A DNA stretch of 51,661 nucleotides from Rhizaria sp. SCN 62-66 (Eukaryota). Below, in pieces: positions 1 through 9,400 of this stretch. The position numbers were made by a program, and so were the translations under genes. The notes beneath the pieces are model-generated. The model was not told the DNA's origin. It did not search any database and saw only the letters and a list, made by a program, of their open reading frames with translations. How positions within the stretch are numbered: position 1 is the stretch's first letter; every line of letters starts with the position of its first letter. The stretch lies in the NCBI GenBank assembly GCA_001724265.1, contig MEDY01000206.1, positions 1-51,661 on the forward strand, in the 5' to 3' direction.

Positions 1-528
1 GGGAAATAGCATGGTCGACTCTTGTGCAGTGTTGCGGAGAAACCGAAGTACGTAAGGCTTTAGCGTCTCTGCCACTTCATCAGCTGTAACTTCTGGAGTA
101 CATTTAAACGTCACTTCAGGCGTCTTTATACTTCCTAACCCTGGGGACGAGACATACCGCCCACGACTGTTGCTGAGTATTGAGGAAATGCAGTGCGCGA
201 TTCGGCCGTTCGGGACGACCTTAGCCAAAGGGTACACATCATACGACTTAGTGCTGTCCCAGCTGAATAGCACCGCTTCAAATAGCTCACGCCTCGCACT
301 GACACCGAGGGCTTCAAGGATCTCTGCGATTACAGGCTGGCAAGCTGCACGCTCAGCCGCAGTTTTGCGCTTCAACAACTCCGCAAACACTTTAAGGACC
401 ATCGGCGAGGTTAGACGGTATTCCCGCCGCGACCAGACTGCCTCGACCGCGGAATTTTTAGAGCTGATCGAGCAAAACGTGACAAGGCGGTTTGTGTCCA
501 AATGGATAGGTGCGCCATTGACAGTCAT
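1..528. repeat. Left arm of window-bounding inverted repeat (partner 51137-51661)
   Basis: 1-99 is the exact reverse complement of 51563-51661 (first mismatch at 100 vs 51562). Gapped similarity continues to the ATGACTGTCAA at 528 / 51137. Confidence 0.97.
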
Positions 529-546
529 TTGTGTGGTCGGATCGTT
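1..546 (-). CDS. 5'-truncated Crinkler/RHS-type effector paralogue, runs off the left end
   Basis: Stop-free minus-strand frame NDPTTQMTVNGAPIHLDTNRLVTFCSISS...RRELFEAVLFSW...QESTMLFP, collinear with the C-terminal part of the 48914+ gene. Preceded by a TTACAG acceptor and a possible 30-nt exon at 654-625. Absent from the ORF track because it has no stop in the window. Confidence 0.75.
134..181. repeat. 48-nt segment identical in direct orientation to 51488-51535 (micro-inversion inside the inverted repeat)
   Basis: CCTAACCCTGGGGACGAGACATACCGCCCACGACTGTTGCTGAGTATT occurs on the + strand at both ends although its flanks are reverse complements. ATACT (128-132) and AGTAT (176-180) bound the core. 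Confidence 0.97.
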
Positions 547-711
547 CTGTAATACAACAGAAAGATCGATTATTATTAATAGTTGTGCAGTTGCAATGTA
601 GGCTGATATCACTGTGTTACTTACATTTGCCGGCAATGTCAATGGAAGCCTCACCTGCGACAGTTATAAGGATCAACGAAACAAATGTTAGAGCTTGATG
701 ATCACGAGTTC

Positions 712-776
712 AATCAAACCACCGGATCTCCTCCGTGACACGGAGGAATACTAGCCACTAAGAATACGATCAGAGA
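712..776 (-). pseudogene. Degenerate tRNA-Asp(GTC) copy
   Basis: 727-760 matches the tRNA-Asp at 1555-1626 with one substitution. It has a 3-nt insertion at the D-stem, a decayed T-arm and no 3' acceptor strand. The 3' boundary is approximate. Confidence 0.85.
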
Positions 777-1554
777 TTAGTGGAAAATAGTCATTATGAA
801 GATCTCTAAAACTCACATGATGTTTTTAAGCATATCCTTGCTTCTTGATTACATGTGTCTTAGTTAACGCAGTTTTAATACCCTAGAGTATACTTCTCAA
901 GATTTGTAAGGAAAAAGCTTGTTGTGAATTGGTTATGATACTGAAAAAGTAACTGAAAACGTAAGGTGGAGATTGAGGCTACGAGTTATCGCCAATTTCT
1001 TTCGAATACATTGCGATGATACATCACGGAACTGTTTAAAAGTATTGCGTACTTAAATTGCTTCATATGTACTAGTAACCATGATGTAGTTTAGCTCTGA
1101 TTGTAGAGTAGTAATCTATCCGTTTCATATCTGCACCAATACGTCGAGTAACTGACCCATCTGCTCCACTTCAAGTCTTTCAAGATGATCGAAAAGAGCC
1201 AAGAGAACTAGGTCAACTCTACTTGATGTAAGATATGATTTCGATGTTCTCATCTCGCAGTTGCTGTGCTCAAGTCATGCAGCATTCAATGGCAAACAGC
1301 AAAAGCATCCCTGTAGCAAAGGCAGCGACAAGTTGATGCCGCGCTGTGTACATGCCGAGACACAGTCGTGGCACGCTTACACACAGGCCTCAGACACCAC
1401 AAAGCAACTAAGGCTAGTGCCGTCGAACAAAAATATATGAAAGCTGTCCTGACTGGAGTCAGAGGCGAGACACAGGAGCAAAAAGAATGAAACACAGCGA
1501 CTGCGCGCGCGTAATAGGGTGCGGGGATCGTGCGCGAAAAGCGCAAAAAGAAAG

Positions 1555-1626
1555 CTCTCTGACCGGGAATTGAACCCGGGTCTCCTCCGTGACAGGGAGG
1601 AATACTAGCCACTATACTATCAGAGA
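1555..1626 (-). tRNA. trnD: tRNA-Asp(GTC)
   Basis: TCTCTGA...TCAGAGA acceptor stem, anticodon arm CCTCC-CT-GTC-AC-GGAGG, GGTTCAATTCC T-loop, 72 nt, oligo-T terminator downstream, no encoded CCA. Confidence 0.97.
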
Positions 1627-2280
1627 TTGGTGAATAAGCAGACGAAATTTTGGTTATAATTATGTATAAAATAATAAACTAGAGTTTTCAAGATCAACTG
1701 TATGTATATTTTATTATCTTTAACACTTCTGATTATTTTTTTGACACAGTGATTACCTTTGATATATCTTGTATGTATAACGAAAATAGAACTTATGATG
1801 TCGAAAGAGAGCAAAAAAGCTGATGCCGCAACCCTTCTCTTGTTATTGCAGGTACTAGAAATACACGAGCGCGCCGACGCGCAGCAGACACGATGGCGCA
1901 CACGGTGTCGGAAACGCATCCGTGACAGCCGGCAACGGCCGTGTACACCGTGGCTTCGCCAGCAATGCGTGATGTGTGTACGCTACCTTGACGCTCAGTG
2001 TTAATAATGTCTCGTCGGCGCCCTGCGGAAACTGACCATGGTCGGAGGGGTCAACTTGGCAAGTTTTCAAGCGTGTTGGAAGGAACCAATACGAGGGAGA
2101 GAGCAATGAGGCCTCAGTCGCGGACTGAACAAGAGCAGTTTGGAAGCAGAGGGCAGCTGGTTTGAGCGACCTGGTGGAGCAAAAAAAGAAATCGGTAAGT
2201 TGCGGACCGCGGAATATATGCCGGAAAGCAGGGAAAACTGATTGCGCGGGGGCGCATGTAGGAGCGGTGCATAAAAAAAA

Positions 2281-2353
2281 TTCCCACTACGGGACTTGAA
2301 CCCGTGTCTCAGCAGTGAGAGTGCCGTATACTAACCACCTATACTAAATGGGA
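2281..2353 (-). tRNA. trnE: tRNA-Glu(CTC)
   Basis: TCCCATT/AGTGGGA acceptor stem, anticodon arm CGGCA-CT-CTC-AC-TGCTG, GGTTCAAGTCC T-loop, immediately followed by a T8 run (2273-2280). Confidence 0.97.
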
Positions 2354-3285
2354 TGTTAGAAAGTTGACAGAAACTTAAATAAATAACATACAGGGCGCTT
2401 TTACTAAGTTTTCGGAAGCTTGATCAAATCGTGCCCTTTTGCAAAAACTTATTACAACAACACCATCATGCATTGATGAAAGATGAGAGCGCTGTTTTTC
2501 ATGAAAAAAAACAGCGACATTAGAAAGAAAACGTAAAATACCATACTAAAATTATGTCAATCTATGAGCATTATTGTCATCTTCAGTCTTCGTGAAAGTT
2601 AATCCGCAACACATGCTCATGGTCGATATTCTATGATCTCGGGATTACGACGTGTATAAGCTGCTTTGGTTTAAATATCTTCATGCATTCTTTTCACAAA
2701 ACTATTTTTATGATAGACTTAGCATTTTTTTCGTTTTTCATCGTAAACTCTCGAGTTTAACACATCTTTGTTAAAAGTGGTGGTTCGATTCTGCAAGAGC
2801 TGTTAAGTCTGCCGGATTGATATCGACGTGATTTTCACTTTTCATATCGCACAAAAACAGCACACATATGAAGAGAAACAGTTGCTCTGTCTCTTCACAT
2901 TCATATGTCATAATTTATTCGCATTAACCTTTCGTCCTAAGCTGCAAAAAGTCACTGTTACTTCAGTTCTTGGTGCACAAACTTACAGTCTACTAATATA
3001 GGTAATCATATAGAACTTCAAGGAAGCAAAAAACAACTATTGACATTGACATCAATCTTTAAAATCTAAGTAAGCACGGTTATCATTGTCTAAATACTTC
3101 TGAGATAGAGTCAAGTTGTTTTGGTGGTAACAAATTGTAGTCACTCTCAGCCCACAAAGACTCTCGTTTTCACATTGGCGTTTCGTCCAGCCATTGTAGC
3201 AAATTACTTTTTACGCAACACTGACCGTCAATACACTCACAAAGACACGCTCACAGTGACTCGCAGTCACTCGCTTTCGTGTTAG

Positions 3286-3322
3286 CAACTCAAGTGTTGG
3301 CAGCTCAACTCAAGTGTTGGCA
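3286..3322. repeat. 17-nt direct repeat with period 20 across a stop codon
   Basis: CAACTCAAGTGTTGGCA at 3286-3302 and 3306-3322. Confidence 0.9.
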
Positions 3323-4337
3323 TTGTTCGTCCTGCGCTGGTGCAGCGTCGCCATCTCAACGCTGCTGTTGCCGGCGCCACCGCCGCCACTGCCCAGGGCA
3401 CCGTTGGTGCTGCCACTGAAGCCGTTGTCGGCATAGCCCGACCTCTGGCCCCGTGACTGTTGCTGCTGCCCTTGCTGCTGCTGGCCCTGTTGCTGCCCCT
3501 GTTGCTGTCCTCCGCTCTTGCCCTTGCTGCTCTTGCTGCCGCCGACGTTGTTCTGGCTACTGTTGAGGTTCAGCGCGGCGTCGTCGTCATCCTCCTCGTT
3601 GTCCTCGCCTTCATCGTAGAGCTGGGCGTAGTAGGCGCTGCCGCGGCTGACGCACGCGCGACACCAGTACTGGCCGCACAGACGCGCGCAGCACAGCACC
3701 ATGGCCACGAGCAGCAGCGCAAAGAGGTAGAGCGCGAACACAACGGCCAGCGCGCGCGTGGCCGCGAAGAGCGTGCTGCCCGTGCACGCGGTCGCGAGCG
3801 CGTCGTCGAAGAAGTTAAGGTAGATGCCCGCGGCCACGACGGCCGCGGCGAGCACCGAAAAGGCCAGGATGAGCGAGATGGGCTGCGAGAGCGACGTAAA
3901 TATGGGTCCGAAAAGAATAAACGCGTACATCAACACATACAAGTGCGCTGGAAGGTGACACAGAGTTAATGGAAGTGTGTCCAATCAGTTGGGAGATTTG
4001 ATAGAAGGAATGTGGAAGTGAGCGATGAGTTGCCTTTCGAAGACCATAGAGCAGAGTAAGTCGAGTGTAATCAAGTGCAGGCATGCTAGTTGAATGAGCA
4101 TCAAACATAACCCACATAAAGTTCAAACCCAGAGCTACTTAATGCGGATATAGACGTACATAGACCTATTGAGGTGAAGAGGAAGGCAGTTACGCGCGTT
4201 GGGCAAGGGTTTGTGACAACGAAGTAGACGACGCTAGAAGCGAGGGCGACGACGAAGAAAAAGATTGATGGAAACAAGTTTCCAACAAACACCCAGGTTC
4301 CCAGCTCTGAGGTCAAAAGACCTTCATTGAAGCCCAT
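3310..4337 (-). CDS. Uncharacterised multi-pass membrane protein (~271 aa, about 4 TM segments, acidic/Gln-Gly tail)
   Basis: Exons 4337-4160 and 3947-3310 joined by a phase-1 GTACGT...CAG intron. Hydrophobic segments then a low-complexity tail. TGA stop. Confidence 0.75.
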
Positions 4338-4676
4338 GTCGCGCTTGTTTTAGACATCCAGCAAGAGGCCCTTGCAGCTCATCTCTCACTCACTGCTTGA
4401 CTTAAACTTCACTCGCTCAATCGAACCTCTCACGACTAAAAATCTCCGTCAGCAGGATTAAAATTACAATGCAACAATATAAAACAAATTAAATCCTTTA
4501 ATTCCGTAATAATATTTACTATAGTATCTGTATTGGCCCTCTGTACGCTTAAACAAGAACAAATGAGAGAGTCTCCTCGTCCCCGTTAAAGCTGACTTGA
4601 CACTATAATTCTCGTTCATTACTTTCACTCACGTGCTTACATATTGACCTCGCATCATCTCAACGTACCTCTTCAC

Positions 4677-5999
4677 TCAGCCGCGGCTGTTGTTGTTGCC
4701 GTCGTTGTTCCCGTCCTCGCCGGTGTACCCTGGCGCGACGCCCCAGTAGACGGCCGGCTTGGACTCAGTCTGCACAAACCGCGCGCGCGCGATGTCCTCC
4801 GAGTCGCGCGCCTTGGCCATCGTGGCGTCGCCCTCGGCCCGCGCGCGCGCCTGCGCGGCCGCCAGCTCGACCTCGCGCTCGGCGCGCTCGGCGGAGAACT
4901 TGCCCGTCACGATGATGCGCTTGGCCGCGGGCGCGCCCTCAGTGGCCATCTTCATCTGCAGCTGCGCCTTGATGCCCTGCACCTTATCTCCCGCCAGCGC
5001 CTGCTCCAGGTCGCTCACCGGCGCGAACCGCACCGCCAGCGGCGCACGCTGCTGCTGCCCAGCCACCGCGCCCGCTGTTGCGGCGAGAGGGGGGAAATGG
5101 ACGCCGTGGAGGCCGAGCAGCGCAGTCTCGGCCTCGGGGACCGTGGCGAAGTGCGCCAGCGCGAAGATCTGCAGCGGGTGGTGGTACTCGCGGTACAGGC
5201 GCCCAAAGCCGCGCAGCAGGCGCGAGAGCGCGTCGCGGTCGTACGGCTTGACCAGGTTGTCGATGCGGATCACCACAGAGGGGAAGCGCAGGTCCGCCGC
5301 GGGGTGCGCGCTCGCAGACTCATGAGTAGACTCACTGGACTCCACAGTAGTATGCTCCTCCATGGCCTCCGCGTCTGCGCCCTGGTCCTCAGCCTGCGCC
5401 TGCGCCTGCGCCTGCTCCTGCGCGGCGCTCTCAGCGGGAGCGGCAGGGGCGGCAGCAGAAGCGGCGGGGGCGGCGGCGGGGAGCTGGACGTCAGCGTTGT
5501 TCTTAGCGTTGTTGTTGATGTTGATGATAGGGGAGTCAGCGGGCTTGGACTTCTTGGGCGTGGGCTCAATGGCAGCCTCCGTCTCAGCAACGGCAGGGGC
5601 CGCGGCAGGCGCCTCAACAACAGGGGCAGCAACAGGGGCAGCAACAGGGGCAGCGACAGGCTCGGCCTCAGCAGCAGCAGTTGCAGGTGCAGTCTCAGCC
5701 TTGACAGGCGCAGTCTCAGCCTTGGCAGGCGCAGTCTCAGCCTTCGAATCGGTCGCAACGGGGGCAGACTCGGTCTTGACAGCCACGGTGGCATCCTCAT
5801 CAGCAGCAGTGGCAGCGGCCTCCTCAGCGGCAGCAGGAGCGGCCTCAGCAGCAGCGTCAGCGTTCGCGTCGGTGCCATTGGCGGCGTCGTGCTCCTCGAG
5901 ACGGGCGATGAGCTCGGCCTTCTTGCCTGCAGTGGGCAGGTCGCGCTTCTTGAGCTCGGCTTGCAGCGCCTTGACAGTCAAAGATTCCCAGTTGGACAT
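4677..5999 (-). CDS. Acinus-like protein (SAP + RRM-like + RSB-like motif)
   Basis: N-terminal SAP (LTVKALQAELKKRDLPTAGKKAELIARL), RRM-like region (VIRIDNLV...ALAHFATVPEAETALLGLHGVHFP) and C-terminal FVQTESKPAVYW resembling the Acinus RSB motif (F-x-x-T-x-x-x-P-x-[IV]-Y-W). ATG at 5999, TGA stop. Confidence 0.75.
   Translation of the reverse strand: MSNWESLTVKALQAELKKRDLPTAGKKAELIARLEEHDAANGTDANADAAAEAAPAAAEEAAATAADEDATVAVKTESAPVATDSKAETAPAKAETAPVKAETAPATAAAEAEPVAAPVAAPVAAPVVEAPAAAPAVAETEAAIEPTPKKSKPADSPIININNNAKNNADVQLPAAAPAASAAAPAAPAESAAQEQAQAQAQAEDQGADAEAMEEHTTVESSESTHESASAHPAADLRFPSVVIRIDNLVKPYDRDALSRLLRGFGRLYREYHHPLQIFALAHFATVPEAETALLGLHGVHFPPLAATAGAVAGQQQRAPLAVRFAPVSDLEQALAGDKVQGIKAQLQMKMATEGAPAAKRIIVTGKFSAERAEREVELAAAQARARAEGDATMAKARDSEDIARARFVQTESKPAVYWGVAPGYTGEDGNNDGNNNSRG
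5689..5744. repeat. 21-bp coding tandem repeat (KAETAPx)
   Basis: GCAGTCTCAGCCTT-based unit at 5689, 5710 and 5731. Confidence 0.9.
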
Positions 6000-6478
6000 C
6001 TCTCTGTGCTCTCTAGCGTGAACAAGTTGAGTGGGATAAACAGGCGGGAGTGAGGCGACCGGGGTGCAGAAAATGGTGATAGACAAGCAATAAAGACTCC
6101 ACACAGGATTTAATTTTCAAACGATATATTTAAGTATGCATTATTTTCATTTACACCAGTATATTTTGAAAATAGCGACATGTTTATCGACTATTCTATC
6201 CGCAAGTTAGACCCAACCGTTGGCCACCACAATCCAGGACAGCCAATCTCACCACAGAACAGCTCTTGTAAGCTTGCTCTTGCGACAGTGCAGTGTAACA
6301 GAGAAATAACAACGCAAAACTTGACGTGCAGGTATATTTAAACAATTTCTGTATTCTATATATCTCACGCACTGGATTGAGCGCGTTTAAGCTTCTATAT
6401 AACCGTAGTAGTGTAGCTCGACGCATGCTGGGAGTGTGAGGCTGCGACAGCTCGTTGCCGCCGCCGCTCTCACTGCAA

Positions 6479-9400
6479 TCACTGTGAGCCCCACTGAGCG
6501 CGAGGCTGCAGCAAATCCTCCATATCTTCGTTACCTTGACCGCCAGCGCTGTTGCTTGCGATGCCGTTGGCGCCTCCCCACCATTGTTGCTGCTGCTCTT
6601 GCTGCTGCTGCTGCTGTTGTTGTTGTTGCTGCTGTGACAGCAGGAAGGCATTCCACGTCGGGTCCCCGCTCAGCTCATCGCTCGTCACGGCCTCAACAGC
6701 ATTGTTGTTCACGCCTAGGCTCGATCCGCTGTTGGCGCCATCGCCATTCGTGTCGTTACCATACACCTCACTGTTGTTGTGGTTGAGAGTGTCGTCGTCG
6801 AAGCTGGCGCGGAAAAAGAGCAGAATGTCTTCAGCCATGTCGCTGACGTCGCGCGCCGTGCTGCCGGCGGCGCGAACCTGCGCAATCGCAAGGGAAATAT
6901 CACAATAAAAGCAACAGATTAGAGTGAAGGTGAGCGTTGATGATCGAGAGACTTCAAGTGACACATTATGTTACAATTCAAGTTAAGATTGCGCAATGAG
7001 TTGTGTTTCTGCGTACCAACGTGTCTTCAAGCCCCTGATCCTCCAAACAGTCCCTGAACAACTGACCGTGAGCAGCCCGACTCTCGCTCTGACTCCGAAT
7101 CTGACTGCGACCGTGGGGGTGACCGTGGGCGTGACCGTGGGCGTGGGTAATGACGAGGTCGCAGAGGCGCAGCCCGACGAGCGCGGCGTCGGCGTCGACC
7201 GAGAGCGCGAGCGCCAGAACGCCCGCGCACACGCGCCGCAGCGCGGGCACGTGGACGACCTGCATTGAACCACTAGGGGAAGCGCTGTTGTTGCAGTTGT
7301 TGCTATCGTTGTTGCTGTAGATGAGAGTTGTTGTTGCTGCTGTCGCACTCGAATCAGCGTTAGCGTCGGCGCTGTTGCTGGGAATGATCGCGAGTCGCTG
7401 CTGCCGGCTCGCCGTCAGTGCGCTCAGAGCCAGCATCAGCGACGCCAGCGGCTTAGCGGCGATACTGACCCCGACCGACGCCGACGCGCCCGCGTAAGCG
7501 CCGGCGATCGCCGTCGCCGCACGCACGTCGACATCAACGAACATGCCACCTTGAGAGGCGCGCGCGACCGCGGCCGCAACAGCGCCAACAGAGAGACTGT
7601 AGCTGTCGCTGCAGCCCTGACAACTGCCGTTCTTCGTGTCACTGGTCGGCTGTGCGAGCAGCAGCAGCGGGCTCGCGGAAGCGGCGTTGGCGGCGGAGGT
7701 GCGGGCGACCGCGATGGGGGTGAGGAAGGACAAGTAAAGCCGCCGCAGCGCGCGTAGCGACCGTGAACAGGGCTCGTGCACGGGACACGGCCTGCGCAGT
7801 GTGTAGAAAGCGGGAAATACATATGAGATAGATAAGAAAAACATAAAGTGAGCAAAAGCATTGAAGACGGAAGCAGTGATAAAACAAAAAAAGCGAACAA
7901 AAAAGGCGATTGCTTCCAGTTCGTACCTGTACGCGACGGAGACGACGTTGTGGAAGAGGACCGCGGCCTCCCTGCGCAGCGCCAGAGGTACCAGCACCAG
8001 CCTCGTTCCCATCGCCCCCGCGCCGGCCCCCGCCGCACTGGCGCCGGCGGCCGAGAGGGCTGCGGTCGCTGCGGAGGGGAAGAGGGGACGGCGCTTGCTT
8101 ACGCGGCCGCCGCCAGGCCGGCTCGAGTGACTGTGGGCCGCGGAGACACTTACACTATCTAAGGGGGCGCTCGCACTGCCGCCGGCCATGCTTACACCAG
8201 CGCTCGAGACGGCGGTAGCCCGGGATATAGCGGCGGAGATAGCGGCAAAAATGGCTGCGTTCATGGCCGCAACAGCCGCAGCGGAAACAGAGTCATTATT
8301 GTTGTTGTTCCAACTTCCACTCCAACTGCGTACGTCGCTGTCGCTGTTGCAGCCGCCGCCGGTGGCCCTCGCGACAAACACCGCCGCAGTCATAGCGGCG
8401 ACCAGTGACACTGGCACGGACGCAACAGCCGACACCATCACTGAGCAGCTCGCCAGCGACAGTGGCTGTGGTACTGACGGCAATTGCGACTGCGGATCAC
8501 TGGTTGCCGCCGCAACCGCTTGGCCCACAAACCCGGCGGGCGCGACGGTGGCGGCGACAGTGGCCGCGACTACGCCCGCCGCCGCGGCCGCCGCGGGGGC
8601 CAGATCGCCCCCGACGGCCGCTGCCAGCATCGACGCCGCGGTCGCCGCGCCTGCTAAGGGGGCGCTTAGACCGGAACAGGCGGGGGTCGTTAGAGCGGGT
8701 GTAAGGGGGTATGCGGAAGTGGCGAGCGAGTCTGCGAGGGAAGGGAAGAGCCCGGAGGCAGATGCCAGCACCCACAGGGCCTCTTTGCTGAGGCCAGTTG
8801 ACAAGCCGCCACTGCCACTCACACTGATGCTGCTGCTGTTGTTGCTGCTGTTGTTATTGTTATTGCTCAAAACAGAGTTCACGCTCGAGTGCGCGGCTGC
8901 GGTCGGCGCTGTCACGGTCACCGTGGCCGTGGTAACAGTCGCTCCCCGCGCCGCAGCATCTGCGGCGGAGACCGTGAGCATCGGCGTGACCGTGGGCGTG
9001 ACGGGGGCCAGAAGCAGCGGCAGCACTCGATGCAGGGGCAGCGGCAGCGGCAGCGACGACATCAGTAACGACGACGACAACGATGACGACAATGAAGCTG
9101 GCGATTGCCCGTCGACGGGGATACTTACACCGCACTTTCTGACGAGAGTGAGTCCATCCGCGTCTGCGTCCTCGTCCTCGGGCCCCCCGACAGCGCCCAC
9201 CTGGGCCGGCCTGGCGAGAGAGAGGCCCGCGGGCATCGCAGGCGCCAGCAGCGGAGTAACCGTGAGCAAGAGAGCACGCGCAAAGAGGAGGTAAAACAGC
9301 GGCGACTGCGGCAGCGCGGGCGCGGGCGGGGGGCAGAGCATGAACAGCGCCGAGTCGTCGCGAGTACTGTCCACACTGTCGCCGATGGCGCGAGTGAGAG

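Noticed and set aside
134..142. Telomere-like CCTAACCCT at the edge of the inverted segment (also 51488-51496)
   Set aside because: Only 1.5 units and no array, which is compatible with chance.
170..601. ORFs 170-601 (+), 135-317 (-), 51079-51411 (-) and 51348-51530 (+)
   Set aside because: Antisense or off-frame shadows of the two effector copies; their mutual similarity only reflects the repeat.
1286..1612. 108-aa ORF starting MASIPPCHGGDPGSIPG
   Set aside because: Its start is a translation of the tRNA-Asp gene and it has no coding bias.
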